The notes under the pieces: model-generated
What the model was told of the DNA's origin: nothing
Seen by the model: the letters and a program-made list of their open reading frames with translations, nothing else
Databases searched by the model: none
Part shown: one piece after another, positions 30,556 through 42,116 of the stretch
Layout: every line of letters starts with the position of its first letter
How positions within the stretch are numbered: the first letter of the stretch is position 1
Translations under genes and position numbers: made by a program
Assembly (NCBI GenBank): GCA_963697165.1
Contig: CAVOMX010000025.1
Location: 96,001-160,000, forward strand
Direction of reading: 5' to 3'
Source: Candidatus Bathyarchaeota archaeon
GTDB lineage: Archaea > Thermoproteota > Bathyarchaeia > Bathyarchaeales > Bathyarchaeaceae
DNA length: 64,000 nt

Positions 30556-32064
30556 TCACCTTCCTCTCAACTTAGCTATATCCTCAGACGTTATGAGACC
30601 CACAATATTCTTTTCATGATCCACAACAGGCAACGCAGAAATGTGATGCTGTGCCATCTTCCTTGAAGCAGCCTCCAACGACTCCTCTGGTCTTGTGGTA
30701 AACACCTTCTTTGTGATAATGTCAACCAATTCAGTTTTTCCTTCAGCAACAGCTCGGGTAACGTCCCAAGAAGTCACCAGACCCTTAATCGCTCCACTGT
30801 TATCCGTTACAACAACATGGTTAACTGACTCGCTTATTATCCGCTGCGCAACCGCCTTAATACCCTCATCAACCCTGCAGGTAACAGCCTTATGAGCCAC
30901 ACTATTAACGAATATTATCGCGTCACTCTGCCTCATTGGTTTACAAACCGAATCGGTTTGCAGACTCTCAGCGGGAGCAGACAAATAGAATGTCGCATTT
31001 TCAATCCATGACTTCAGCGTCTCCGCTATCTTTCTTGCCGTCTTCAAGCTAGAAAGAGAACTGACCTTGATTTTCCTGTCGTTGATTGTCATTTCACCTG
31101 ACTTCAATGTGGCGTAACTGACTTTGCCAAGCTTTGGTCTCCCTCTGCGGGCAACCCCATAATCGACAATGTCAGTGAAGATTTCTTCATCCCGAAGTGA
31201 AGTCTTCTTAGCCAAACCCTCATTCAGTATGGGAATTGGAACGCCGATACCAACATAGAGGCTTGTGCCATACTTGGTAAAAGCACCCCCCCGAATAAAC
31301 TCGGAGGTCATCTGTTTACAGTCTCCACGAACCATCATCGTACCAAAACGATTACTGGGATCATGCTGCGTGCCTTCTCCAATAACGTAACCTTGCCCAC
31401 CACCCAAGAAAATGCGAGTCCCAACTCCGATGGTCTCATAATCTGGATCATTCATTAGAGGATTCAAGCCACCAGCCCCAGAATAGGTGGCATTTCTAAA
31501 TCGTGGCAAAAGCTTACCCATATACGTGTAAATCATCTCATCGCGGCTGTTAGTGGCGCAGACATAACGCTGGTAACAGTTACGGAAATTCAGCAGATAG
31601 AACTGATTCAAATCATCTTTTGTGATTGTGGTATCCAGTTTGGTTCTGGGATAACAGTCTGTCCCGTATGCTGTGGCTCTCACTTCAACTTCTTTGCCAG
31701 CAATCAAATCTTCTATAACATGTCCGCCTCCATACTCGTAAGGCTGAGTCTCGGACATCATTGTGGCTCCAATGTACAAGTCAACCGCCGCGCCTGGGTG
31801 GCTGACTTCAACATCGTTTAGCCATGCCCTCTGAATTTTGATGGGCGGATCTGAGTGACCAAGATTAATTATTGCGCCTGAAGAACACATCGCCCCGAAG
31901 GTTCCTGTTGTAACAACATCAACTTCTTTATAGGCGACTTCCACGCCGCTGCTTTCCACAAGCTTCTTCATCGCTTCAGCAGTCAAAACCTGAACGTCGC
32001 CAGATCTGATTTTCTGGTTAATCTCGGCAATTGACCGTCCGTTACTTCTTTTCGAGATCGCCAT
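30556..32064 (-). CDS. DUF39-CBS L-aspartate semialdehyde sulfurtransferase (homocysteine biosynthesis)
   Basis: VDVVTTGTFGAMCSSGA, YGGGHVIEDL, GTDCYPR, NPLMNDP and GTQH, plus a C-terminal CBS pair. Confidence 0.92.
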   Translation of the reverse strand: MAISKRSNGRSIAEINQKIRSGDVQVLTAEAMKKLVESSGVEVAYKEVDVVTTGTFGAMCSSGAIINLGHSDPPIKIQRAWLNDVEVSHPGAAVDLYIGATMMSETQPYEYGGGHVIEDLIAGKEVEVRATAYGTDCYPRTKLDTTITKDDLNQFYLLNFRNCYQRYVCATNSRDEMIYTYMGKLLPRFRNATYSGAGGLNPLMNDPDYETIGVGTRIFLGGGQGYVIGEGTQHDPSNRFGTMMVRGDCKQMTSEFIRGGAFTKYGTSLYVGIGVPIPILNEGLAKKTSLRDEEIFTDIVDYGVARRGRPKLGKVSYATLKSGEMTINDRKIKVSSLSSLKTARKIAETLKSWIENATFYLSAPAESLQTDSVCKPMRQSDAIIFVNSVAHKAVTCRVDEGIKAVAQRIISESVNHVVVTDNSGAIKGLVTSWDVTRAVAEGKTELVDIITKKVFTTRPEESLEAASRKMAQHHISALPVVDHEKNIVGLITSEDIAKLRGR

Positions 32065-32165
32065 TTTCCTTTACTCCATTATCCCCGCTTAAGGTATGAA
32101 CCATATCAACAGTCATTATCATTTTAATATTTTACTGAAAAAATTATTCCAAAAAGAATTTAAAT

Positions 32166-32744
32166 ATGCCCAACAAAATTTATGATATGTTACCTTCCAT
32201 CGACGAAGTCGCCAAAAAACGAAGAATCGCGGGACTAACACAACAAAAGCTCGCAAAATTAGCGGGCGTAAGCCAGTCGCTTATCGCAAAACTGGAATCC
32301 CAAAAAATCGATCCTTCCTACACTAAAGTCAAAGCAATATTTGATGCACTTGAGAAACTGCAGACAGAAACAGAGGTGCGAGCTGAAGATGTTCTGCAAA
32401 ACAAGGTTATTGGAATTCAAAAGAGCGAGCCAGTTTCGAAGGCGGTTCAGAAAATGGCAGAATATGGATATTCTCAGCTTCCAGTTTTTGACGAAGAACA
32501 TGCTGTCGGAAGCATCTCAGAAAAAACGATTATAGGAAAAGTTTCGGCAGGCAAAGACCTGAACCAAATATCTAAACTTTCTGTGGGCGATTTGATGGAG
32601 GAGACGTTTCCGCAGGTTGGAGAGGATGCCCCGTTACCACTGATTTCAAGCCTCCTACAAGTTTACTCAGCGGTTCTTATTTCGACGAAGGGAAAGGTTG
32701 TTGGAATAGTCACCAAAGCAGATTTATTGAAGATGCTCCTCTAA
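32166..32744 (+). CDS. XRE-HTH plus CBS transcriptional regulator (COG3620-like)
   Basis: GLTQQKLAKLAGVSQSLIAKLE..IDP; YSQLPV and GIVTKADLL CBS motifs. Confidence 0.92.
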   Translation: MPNKIYDMLPSIDEVAKKRRIAGLTQQKLAKLAGVSQSLIAKLESQKIDPSYTKVKAIFDALEKLQTETEVRAEDVLQNKVIGIQKSEPVSKAVQKMAEYGYSQLPVFDEEHAVGSISEKTIIGKVSAGKDLNQISKLSVGDLMEETFPQVGEDAPLPLISSLLQVYSAVLISTKGKVVGIVTKADLLKMLL

Positions 32745-32757
32745 TCCTACCAAAACA

Positions 32758-33504
32758 ATGGGGCTCATTTCTATGAGCGTTGCAGTTGAAGCAAAAAACC
32801 TTGTGAAAGATTTTGGGTCAGTCAGAGCCCTTGATGGCTTAAACTTCAGCATAAAGAAGGGAGAAATCTTCGGGCTCATTGGACTCAACGGCGCAGGAAA
32901 AACAACTGCACTTAGAATAACATCCACATTACTATTGCCTACTTCAGGAACCGTAACCGTTTTCGGTCATGATGTTGTTGAAGAGGCTTCAGAGATACGA
33001 AACCTCATCAGTTATCTTCCCGAAGAAGCTGGAGCATACAAAAACCTTTCAGGAATAGAATATTTGCGGTTCATGGCAAGCTTTAGAGAAGATAATAAAG
33101 GCGCAGTTAATGACTTGGTTGACGTGGCTTCTGAAATTTCTGGACTAGGAGAGCGCCTCAAGGACAAAGTGAAAGGATACAGCAAAGGAATGAAACGTCG
33201 GCTTCTAGTTGCGAGGGCGCTCATGACAAAGCCTAAACTGGCGATATTAGATGAGCCAAACAGCGGCTTGGATGTACTTCATTCGGTTCACGTTAGAACA
33301 ATCATAAAACGTTACGCGAAAGAGCATGATGTAACTGTGCTTCTTTCGAGCCACAACATGCTGGAAGTTGAGTATCTCTGTGATAGGGTAGCGATAATAA
33401 ACAAAGGCAAGGTCGTCGTTGAAGGCTCTCCGGAAGAGCTTAAAACAAAATACAAGGCGGTTAACCTCGAAGAAGTGTTTGGGGAGGTAGTTGGCTTTGT
33501 TTAA
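32758..33504 (+). CDS. ABC transporter ATP-binding protein (NatA-like)
   Basis: GLNGAGKT, YSKGM, ILDEP and SSH. Confidence 0.93.
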   Translation: MGLISMSVAVEAKNLVKDFGSVRALDGLNFSIKKGEIFGLIGLNGAGKTTALRITSTLLLPTSGTVTVFGHDVVEEASEIRNLISYLPEEAGAYKNLSGIEYLRFMASFREDNKGAVNDLVDVASEISGLGERLKDKVKGYSKGMKRRLLVARALMTKPKLAILDEPNSGLDVLHSVHVRTIIKRYAKEHDVTVLLSSHNMLEVEYLCDRVAIINKGKVVVEGSPEELKTKYKAVNLEEVFGEVVGFV

Positions 33505-34792
33505 GGGATTATTCAACATTATAGTAAAAGAGGTTAAGGAGCTGGTCAGAGACCCCAAAATTCTCCTTCCAATGATAATTATTCCGCTCATAATGTTCCC
33601 GATTATGGGTTTTGCGATTCAAACATCCATGGAAGCAGCAGAGGGAAGCATGGAAGAAATTTCGGTAGCAGTGATGAACCTTGATGGAGGACCAGTTGCT
33701 GAAACAATGATGAGTAATCTTACGCAGTGGAATGCTAAAATTGTTCAGATTGACTATGCTGATTTCATTAAAGCCTTCAATGATGTTCAGGAATCAAACC
33801 TCACTGCGCTCATAGTCATCCCTTCAGGCTTCAGTCAGAACATAACTGAAGGAAAAACAGCAGAACTGGAAGTTTACACACCATTCAGGGGAGGGGGCAT
33901 AACAGAGTCCACAAGCTCCTCTGCAGTTAGTGGTCTCTTGAGGTTCTTTGAAAGCAATATTGTTAACCAAAGAATTGAAGAGGTCTCCAAGAACCCAGAA
34001 ACATTTCTGAATCCTATAGCACTCTCTGAAAAGTCGATAATCAAAGGAAAAGGCGTAGACATCAACCCCAGTGTCCTCTTTGGCTTAGTGATTTCGCAGT
34101 CCACAATCATGCCAGTGGGAATAATGATGTTGCTTATCTTCGCCATGCAGCTCGCAGCAACAGCTGTGGCGTCAGAGAAAGAGGAGAAAACCCTTGAAAC
34201 ACTTCTAACATTGCCCATTAACCGCTTCATGATCCTAGCGGGAAAATTAACAGGATCAATCCTTGTTGCTATTGTCGGCGCCATAGCCTATCTTATCGGC
34301 TTCAGTTTCTACATTGACTCCTTCACCGGCATGATACCAACTGAAGTGGGATTAGACTTGGCAAGCATTGGATTAGCACCCACTCTACTGTCATATGTGC
34401 TTCTTGGAATCTCCCTATTCATGGCACTGCTCTCAGCATTAGCATTGGCAATTTCGATTTCTGTCTTCGCAGAGGACGTGAGGGGCGCCCAAGCCCTAGT
34501 TGGTCCACTCTCTATATTACTGATCTTTCCACTAATCTTCACAATGTTTACAGACATTACAACCTTGCCATTCCCACTATCAACCATACTTCTTGCGATA
34601 CCATTCACGCATCCATTACTGGCAGCAAACGTAGCCTTCACAGGAAACTACTTACTAGCCATCGGGGGAATCATCTACATGGCAATTTTCACAGTCGGAG
34701 TTCTTTACGTGGCAGCTAGACTTTTCGGCACAGAAAAAATCTTAACAGCAAAACTGAAGTTCAGAAAATTCAATCTAAGAAAAAGGGATTAA
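33491..34792 (+). CDS. ABC-2 type permease (NatB-like)
   Basis: KEVKELVRD, SEKEEKTLETLLTLP..R..ILAGK and multiple TM segments. Confidence 0.9.
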   Translation: MALFKGLFNIIVKEVKELVRDPKILLPMIIIPLIMFPIMGFAIQTSMEAAEGSMEEISVAVMNLDGGPVAETMMSNLTQWNAKIVQIDYADFIKAFNDVQESNLTALIVIPSGFSQNITEGKTAELEVYTPFRGGGITESTSSSAVSGLLRFFESNIVNQRIEEVSKNPETFLNPIALSEKSIIKGKGVDINPSVLFGLVISQSTIMPVGIMMLLIFAMQLAATAVASEKEEKTLETLLTLPINRFMILAGKLTGSILVAIVGAIAYLIGFSFYIDSFTGMIPTEVGLDLASIGLAPTLLSYVLLGISLFMALLSALALAISISVFAEDVRGAQALVGPLSILLIFPLIFTMFTDITTLPFPLSTILLAIPFTHPLLAANVAFTGNYLLAIGGIIYMAIFTVGVLYVAARLFGTEKILTAKLKFRKFNLRKRD

Positions 34793-34818
34793 CAGTTCCC
34801 TATTCTTTTTGTTTTTGT

Positions 34819-37800
34819 TTACCAGAACTTGCGCGGCAGACTGTCCATGTATTCGTTTAGGGAACGGATGTCAAACTTGTTGCCTTCCCGTTGTTCCAGC
34901 ATTTTGGTGAGAGCTGACGCCAACTGAAGATTCGTTACTACGGGTATGTTGAATTCGATAGCTAATCTGCGGATGGTGTACTCGTCCTTTAGGATTTCAG
35001 AGAAGGTTGCCAGATGGTTTGGCATGGGTATGTTGATTACCAAATCAATTTTGCCTTCCTGAAGATAATCGACGATGTTTGGTTTCTGTCCCACTTCTCT
35101 CACTTTGCACAAAACCGAAATGTTGTTTACGCCTGCTTCTCGTAACGCCTCAGCAGTATGATGGGTCGAATAGATTTTGAAGCCCATCTTCCTAAGAGCC
35201 CGTCCAATGGGCACAACCTGTTTTTTCAGTTCTTTTCCGCCAACAGTTATCAGCACCGACCCGCCTTCGGGCGGCATCTTGAACTCGGCAGACTGCAGCG
35301 CCTTAGATAGGGCATCTCCAAAGTTTTCTCCTAAGCACGCTACTTCGCCAGTGCTTAGCATCTCAACTCCCAGAACAGGGTCTGCTCCGCTTAAACGCAT
35401 GAAACTGAACTGTGGAACCTTGACGCCAACGTGACTGATTTCGGGTAAATCAACGAATCCGGAATCACTGAATTTTTTTCCCAGCATTGCTAGGGTGGCA
35501 AGTTCTATCATGTTGACTCCGCGGGTTTTGCTGACATACGGCATAGACCGTGAAGCCCTGAGATTGCATTCGATAACGTAGGTGACTCCATTCTTTACTA
35601 GATACTGGATGTTGTATGGTCCCCTGATTTTGAGGGCTTCAACTATCTTATGAGTGTAATCCTGAACAGTTCGAAGTACATCGCTGTCCAGAGTCAACGA
35701 TGGAATTCCCATGGTAGCATCCCCGCTGTGAACACCAGCGTTCTCAACATGCTCAATAATGGCTCCGATAATGTTGTGTTCACCGTCGTAGACGCCGTCA
35801 ACTTCAACCTCTTTTGCGTTCTCGATAAACTTCGAGATTACGGCAGGATGCTCCCTTGAAACTTTGGCAGCTAACTTGAGGTAATCTTCCAGTTCATCTG
35901 CGGTGAAGGCAACCCTCATAGCCGAGCCTGAAAGCACATAGCTTGGGCGAATAAGAACAGGATAGCCAACCTGAGAAGCAAACTTTTTGAGGTCTCGGGT
36001 TGTTGACAGGTCTCGCCATTCTGGCTGAGGAATCTCAAGCTCATCAAGCAGAGCACTGAATTTGGTTCTGTCTTCTGCTTGGTCGATGCTTTCTCCTGAT
36101 GTGCCAAGCAGGTTTACTCCGGCGTTGGAGAGTTTTAGGGCTAAGTTGTTTGGAATTTGTCCGCCCACGCTGGCTATTACTCCGAGAGGATTCTCCTTGT
36201 CATAAATGTCCAAGATTCGTTCTATGGTTAGTTCTTCGAAGTAGAGCTTGTCAGACATGTCATAGTCTGTCGAAACCGTTTCAGGGTTATAGTTGACCAT
36301 TATAGCCTCTTCGATACCATTCTTTTTGAGCGCCCAGATAGTGTTTACTCCGCACCAGTCAAACTCAACGCTGGAACCAATCCTGAAAACGCCTGCTCCA
36401 AGAACTATAACCTTCTTGCTGCTCGAAGAAAATTTGATGTCATCCTCGTCTCCGCCATACGTCAAATACAAGTAGTTTGTTTTGGCTGGCCACTCAGCAG
36501 CAAGAGTATCAATCTGTTTAATCGCAGGAACAATATTCGCTTCTTTTCGTAACTTCCGTATTGTAAATTCGTCTGTGTCGCGGCATATGGCAATCTGCAT
36601 GTCAGAAAAGCCGATACGCTTTGCTTCACGGATGGTGTCTAGGAATTCGCTGTCCGTATGTTTTATTGTGGACAGTTTATCTTGCATGTCGATTACGTTT
36701 TGGATTTTGTGCAAGAAGAACGGGTCAACACCACTCAGCTTGTAGATTTCCTCGATGGACATTCCCTGTTTTAGAGCTTTAATTATCATGAAGAGCCGCT
36801 GGTCTGTAGGTTTAGCTAAAACATCCTTTATTGTCTCTATTGGTTCAGGTTCGTCTTCCTCGGCGTTGCATACCAAACCCAGCTTGCCAATGTCCAGCAT
36901 ACGAACAGCCTTCTGCAGCGCCTCCTCGAAACATCGTCCGATTCCCATAACCTCGCCAACAGACTTCATCTGGGGACCAATATGCCTGTCCACGTTCCTG
37001 AACTTCTGCAGGTCCCAACGAGGATACTTGACTACAAGGTAGTCGAGAGCAGGTTCAAAGCAGGCTGTGGTTACACCAGTTACCTTGTTCAGCAACTCGG
37101 GCAGCGTATAACCAATACACAGTTTAGCTGCGATATACGCAATGGGGTAACCTGTTGCTTTGCTTGCCAAAGCTGAGCTTCTTGACAGCCTAGCGTTCAC
37201 TTCTATGGCGCGGATTTCCTCTGACTTGTTGTCCAGCGCCCACTGGATGTTGCATTCGCCGATTACTCCTAGACTTCGTATCGCATTTATTGAAACTGAA
37301 CGAAGAATGTGGTATTCCCTGTTAGACAGAGTCTGGGATGGGGCGATGACTATGGAGTCGCCTGTGTGGATGCCCATGGGATCAAAATTTTCCATATTAC
37401 AAACAATTATACAGTTGTCATCGTAATCTCGCATAACCTCATACTCGACTTCTTTCCAGTGCCCCAAATACTCCTCGATGAGTACCTGAGAGATCATGCT
37501 CTGACCCAAAGCGCGGCAGACAATCTTCTTCAATTCTGTCTCGTTGTGGGCTACTCCTGAGCCCTTACCGCCCAACGCATAAGCCAAACGGATAATAACA
37601 GGATAACCGATTTCCCTGCCCACATGAATGGCTTCTTCCAGAGAAAGGGCAGATTTGCTCTTGGGAATCGGAACACCAGCCTTCATCATAGACTGCCTAA
37701 ACAATTCCCTATCTTCAGTATCCTCTATGGTCTTGATTGGAGTACCCAAAACCTTAACGTCATATTTCTCGAGAATGCCCTTCTTAGCAAGTTGGACGCC

Positions 37801-38094
37801 GCAGTTTAGGGCTGTCTGTCCCCCAAAGCTCAACATAATCGAATCCGGGCGTTCTTTTGCGATGACTTCCTCTACGAACTCGGGCGTTACTGGTAGAAGG
37901 TAGACTTTTCCTGCTAGGCGTGGGTCGGTTTGGATTGTGGCTATGTTTGGGTTAACGAGAACTGTTTCTATTCCTTCCTCACGAAGAGCCTTTAGGCACT
38001 GGCTTCCAGAATAATCGAATTCTGCGGCTTCCCCAATTTTTATGGCGCCGCTACCCAAGACTAGAACTTTTTTTATCCATTCGAACTTGGGCAC
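34819..38094 (-). CDS. carB: Carbamoyl-phosphate synthase large subunit
   Basis: GSGAIKIGEAAEFDYSG, duplicated ATP-grasp domains (IHTGDS, VHSGDA) and a C-terminal MGS domain. Confidence 0.98.
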   Translation of the reverse strand: MPKFEWIKKVLVLGSGAIKIGEAAEFDYSGSQCLKALREEGIETVLVNPNIATIQTDPRLAGKVYLLPVTPEFVEEVIAKERPDSIMLSFGGQTALNCGVQLAKKGILEKYDVKVLGTPIKTIEDTEDRELFRQSMMKAGVPIPKSKSALSLEEAIHVGREIGYPVIIRLAYALGGKGSGVAHNETELKKIVCRALGQSMISQVLIEEYLGHWKEVEYEVMRDYDDNCIIVCNMENFDPMGIHTGDSIVIAPSQTLSNREYHILRSVSINAIRSLGVIGECNIQWALDNKSEEIRAIEVNARLSRSSALASKATGYPIAYIAAKLCIGYTLPELLNKVTGVTTACFEPALDYLVVKYPRWDLQKFRNVDRHIGPQMKSVGEVMGIGRCFEEALQKAVRMLDIGKLGLVCNAEEDEPEPIETIKDVLAKPTDQRLFMIIKALKQGMSIEEIYKLSGVDPFFLHKIQNVIDMQDKLSTIKHTDSEFLDTIREAKRIGFSDMQIAICRDTDEFTIRKLRKEANIVPAIKQIDTLAAEWPAKTNYLYLTYGGDEDDIKFSSSSKKVIVLGAGVFRIGSSVEFDWCGVNTIWALKKNGIEEAIMVNYNPETVSTDYDMSDKLYFEELTIERILDIYDKENPLGVIASVGGQIPNNLALKLSNAGVNLLGTSGESIDQAEDRTKFSALLDELEIPQPEWRDLSTTRDLKKFASQVGYPVLIRPSYVLSGSAMRVAFTADELEDYLKLAAKVSREHPAVISKFIENAKEVEVDGVYDGEHNIIGAIIEHVENAGVHSGDATMGIPSLTLDSDVLRTVQDYTHKIVEALKIRGPYNIQYLVKNGVTYVIECNLRASRSMPYVSKTRGVNMIELATLAMLGKKFSDSGFVDLPEISHVGVKVPQFSFMRLSGADPVLGVEMLSTGEVACLGENFGDALSKALQSAEFKMPPEGGSVLITVGGKELKKQVVPIGRALRKMGFKIYSTHHTAEALREAGVNNISVLCKVREVGQKPNIVDYLQEGKIDLVINIPMPNHLATFSEILKDEYTIRRLAIEFNIPVVTNLQLASALTKMLEQREGNKFDIRSLNEYMDSLPRKFW

Positions 38095-39240
38095 CTATTT
38101 CGCCTCCACAAGTTTTCTGAATCGATCAAACAGAAATTCTGTGTCGTAGGGTCCGGGCGATGCTTCAGGATGCCACTGTAGGGCAAAGGCGGGTTTGGTT
38201 TTGTGTTTTACACCTTCAACTGTTTTGTCGTTGGCGTTCATGAACCACGCTTCCAAGCCAGTGCCGGCTAGGGAGTCCCTTTCTGCTGTGTAGCCGTGAT
38301 TCTGGGTGGTGATGTAGCATCTTCCTGTTTCTAGGTCTAGGGCGGGCTGATTCTGGGATCGGTGACCATACTTTAGCTTGTAGGTATCACCGCCAAGAGC
38401 CAAGGCGAGAATCTGTGTTCCAAGGCACACGCCCATCATCGGCATATTTTCATCCATCAGTTCCCGGACGGTTTCGATTGTTTTCACGCACTGCTTCGGG
38501 TCGCCGGGACCATTGCTTATCATCACGCCGTCTGGATTGTAGTCCAAAATCTGTTCTGCCGAAAAGTTGTAGGGAACCCGCATTACGTCGAAGCCTCTTC
38601 GTAGAAGGTTGCGTAGGATGCCGTATTTGACTCCGCAGTCGATTAGAACTGCTAGTTTGTTTCCTCCAGACGGGTAAAGAATTGGCTCTTTTACTGTTAC
38701 CTGTTTTACGAGGTCTGTGGAGTTGGGATCCTGAACCGTCTTTATTTCCTTCACAAGCTTGGGCAGGTCAGGTTCCTCATCCGCCTCACATACTTTTAGG
38801 ATTCCCAGCATTACACCTTTGACTCTGAGTTTTTTCGTGAGTTTTCGGGTGTCGATTCCGTATATGCCGGGTACTTCTTCGTCTTTTAGCCACTGGTCCA
38901 GTGTCCGTGTAGATGCCCAATGGAAAGGATTCTTGCATAGCTCGTGGACGACAAAGCCCGTTACTTTGATGTCGTCGGATTCGAAGTATTTGAAAACTCC
39001 ATTCTCTTTGTCGTATGGTGGAACTCCGTAGTTCCCAACCAGAGGATACGTGAAGGTCAGGATTTGTCCATTGTAGGATGGGTCAGTTAATGATTCGGGG
39101 TATCCAACCATGGAAGTTGAAAATACGATTTCGCCAGAAACCTTCTTTGGTGCACCGAAGCCGTAGCCAACAAAAGTAGAGCCATCTTCCAAAACGAGAA
39201 CAGCTTTACCAGGTTTCTGGACGTTAGTTTTTGTGTTCAC
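38095..39240 (-). CDS. carA: Carbamoyl-phosphate synthase small subunit
   Basis: LTDPSY, SNGPGDP, GVCLG, QNHG and QWHPEASPGP. Confidence 0.97.
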   Translation of the reverse strand: MNTKTNVQKPGKAVLVLEDGSTFVGYGFGAPKKVSGEIVFSTSMVGYPESLTDPSYNGQILTFTYPLVGNYGVPPYDKENGVFKYFESDDIKVTGFVVHELCKNPFHWASTRTLDQWLKDEEVPGIYGIDTRKLTKKLRVKGVMLGILKVCEADEEPDLPKLVKEIKTVQDPNSTDLVKQVTVKEPILYPSGGNKLAVLIDCGVKYGILRNLLRRGFDVMRVPYNFSAEQILDYNPDGVMISNGPGDPKQCVKTIETVRELMDENMPMMGVCLGTQILALALGGDTYKLKYGHRSQNQPALDLETGRCYITTQNHGYTAERDSLAGTGLEAWFMNANDKTVEGVKHKTKPAFALQWHPEASPGPYDTEFLFDRFRKLVEAK

Positions 39241-39254
39241 AGTTATGACCTACA

Positions 39255-40750
39255 CTACTTTTCAAGCATCATTTTTCGGGTGGAGTAACGCTGAACCACA
39301 GACTTTAGCTGCATGTCAGCTTCCTCTAGCCTGCTTTTCTGTTCTTTGAGGCTGGTTTTTGACTGGCTTGTCAACTGTATACGGTTTTTGAGCATTCGTT
39401 TAACTTCTGCTGGAGCTGGACCGCCCATGGCTTTGTGACTTTCAACACATTTTTGGGGGTCGATTGAGTCTTTGATGTCCGCCAGTTTAACGGCTAGAAC
39501 GATTCCCGCAGAATCTTTAGCGGTTTCATTTAACAGTTCAGGTGTCAAGTCAGAAAGCGCCAGCTTCTGGTCCAGCAAGGTTTTGACGACGACACCAACT
39601 ATCTTGTGTGAAGTCCTGAAGGGAACATTATACTTCTTTACAAGCAGGTTAGCCAGTTCCGTCGTGGTTGAGTAATTGAGTATCTGCTTGCTGAAGACGT
39701 TCTTGTTTATGTTCAAGTTTTTAGCTAGCTCAGAAAGCATATTCACTGACGCTGAGACGGTTTCGAGTGACTCCCACAGTTTAGGAGTAAGCTCCTGCAG
39801 GTCAAGATTGTAACCCGAGGGCAAAGCCTTCATTGTTGTTGCTGATGCTACAAAGTTGCCGAGAACCTGACTCATCCGCGCCCTGATGACCTCTAGAACA
39901 TCTGGATTCTTTTTCTGGGGCATTATGCTGCTTGTAAACGCGAAGCTTTCTGGAAGATCAATTATTCCAAAGTCAGGGGAGCTCCAGACAATCAGGTCTT
40001 CAGCCATTCTGCTAACGTCAATAGCGAGTAATGTGAGGTCAGCAAGGGTTTCTAGAACAAAATCGCGGCTGCCGACCGCATCTATGGAGTTCTCTAGCAC
40101 TTTGCTAAAGCCCAGCAGTTCGGCGGTGCGGTCGCGGTTTATTGGGAAGCTTGTGGTTGCTATAGCTCCTGCGCCCATGGGGCACATGTTAACTCGGGGA
40201 AAAGTCTCTTCTAACCGTTTCAGGCTCCGCTCCAGCGCATCCACGTAGGAAACTAGAATGTGAGCGAATGTTACGGGCTGTGCAGGATGCAGATGCGTAT
40301 AAGACGGAACCACCGTTTCGGTGTGTTTTTCAGCCAGCTCCACTAGAGAGTCCTGCAGCTTTACTACGACATTCATCAGTTCTAGGATGCTTATTCGAAG
40401 TGCCATCCTTATTGCTGTTGACACTTGATCGTTTCGACTTTTTGCTATGTGCAGGTTTCCGCCATATGTCTAAGCCAACTTTTTTGTTGATTTCCTCTTC
40501 GACTGCTAGGTGAACGTCTTCAAGTGACTGGTCTAGTGCCATTTTGGGGTCTAGTTCTAACTAGGGCTTGGAGTAGCTGGGCACCGATTTTAGAATCAAT
40601 TATTTTCTGCTCAATAAGCATGGTTACGTGGGCTTGGTTGATTTTGATTACTTCTTCCAGTAGCTTTTGGTCGCTTTTTATGGATGCAGTAAATTCAACG
40701 GCATCTTTTCGTGCAGAGCCTATTCTTCCTCCACGCAACAGCTTAGACAA
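39255..40750 (-). CDS. argH: Argininosuccinate lyase, split by frameshifts near 40460 and 40545
   Basis: LRGGR start, EDVH, YTHLHPAQP and SSIMPQKKNPD across three frames. Confidence 0.93.
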
Positions 40751-40807
40751 CTTTTTTCACACCTAACAGTTCTATATGGAACAGACAGCCGAAACCGTCC
40801 AGTTCCG

Positions 40808-42020
40808 TTAACATTTCTTTTCGTTTTTCACCTTCTCTTTGAGTATGTTAGCTACCTTGGTGGGCAGTCCCCACAGTTCAATGAAGCCCTCAGCATACGC
40901 TTGATTGAACGATGTTTCTACCTCGTAGGTTGCCAAGTTCTTGTCATACAAAGACATTGGTGAGGAGCGTCCCACAACCCAGCAGTGTCCCTTATACAGC
41001 TTCATTTTCACTTCTCCGCAGACGCGCTCCTGAGTCTTGTCAATGAAGGCTTCCAGAGCCTCCCGCAGCGGGTCTATCCACAAGCCAGTGTAAACGAGCC
41101 ATGTCCACTTTTCGTCTATCTGTTTCTTGAACTCTAGTTCGTGGCGCGTCAGAATCATCTTCTCTAGGTCTTTGTGGGCTTCAATCATCACCTCGGCGGC
41201 TGGAGACTCGTAGATTTCCCTTGATTTGATTCCAACCAGCCTGTCCTCGATGTGGTCAACGCGCCCAATTCCATGCTTCCCAGCAATCTCGTTGAGTTTT
41301 TCGATCAACGCTACGGGCTTCATCTTTTTTCCGTTCAGGGCAACTGGACAGCCAGCCTCAAACTGGATTGTGACATATTCTGGTTTGTCTGGGGCCTCTT
41401 CGGGAGAAATTGTCAGTTCATAGATTTCTTCTAGCGGTTCCTGTTCCGCATTCTCTAGGGGTCCGCATTCTATTGAGCGTCCCCACAGGTTCTGGTCTAT
41501 GCTGTAAGGGTCAGATAGGTGAGGAATGGATATGCCTTTTTCTTTGGCGTACTTGATTTCTGCTTCTCTGCAGAGTCCCCACTCCCTAACTGGAGCCATA
41601 ACCTTGAGGTTTGGGGCAAGAGCCTTGACTGTAACGTCGAAGCGCACCTGATCGTTGCCTTTTCCTGTGCAACCGTGGGCGACGGCTATTGCTTTTTCCT
41701 GTTGTGCGATTTCGACCAGCTTTTTTGCGATTAACGGGCGCCCTAGGGCTGTTGCCATTGGATATTTTCCTTCGTAGAGTGCGTTTGCTTTTATGGCTGG
41801 AAAGACATAGTTTTGTGACGAATTCTTCTGTGCCGTCTATTGAGTAGTGTTTTTTGGCGCCTAGGGTGTGGGCTTTGTCTGCGACCCTTTTTAGGTCGGT
41901 TTGTTGCCCCAGCTCCATTGTGAATGTTATGATGTCCACGTCGTATTCTTCCTGTAACCATTTTATGAGAACAGACGTGTCTAGTCCGCCAGAATAGGCT
42001 AATATTATCGTGTCTTTCAT
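40808..42020 (-). CDS. argG: Argininosuccinate synthase, frameshift near 41815
   Basis: LAYSGGLDTS, then AHGCTGKGNDQVRF, YSIDQNLWGRSIE and GIKSREIYE. Confidence 0.95.
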
Positions 42021-42100
42021 TGTGTTTCCCAGTTCGAGGTTGATAATTCGGGAAATGCTTATATAGATTTTGGTCAATATCATAGTAAATTGTACAGAAG

Positions 42101-42116
42101 TGACCAAAAATGGTCA
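42101..42116. promoter_or_regulatory. Perfect palindrome TGACCA-N4-TGGTCA over the start codon of the ACT gene; extra TGGTCA half-site at 42071-42076
   Basis: Read directly in the 89-bp divergent argG/ACT intergenic region. Confidence 0.5.
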
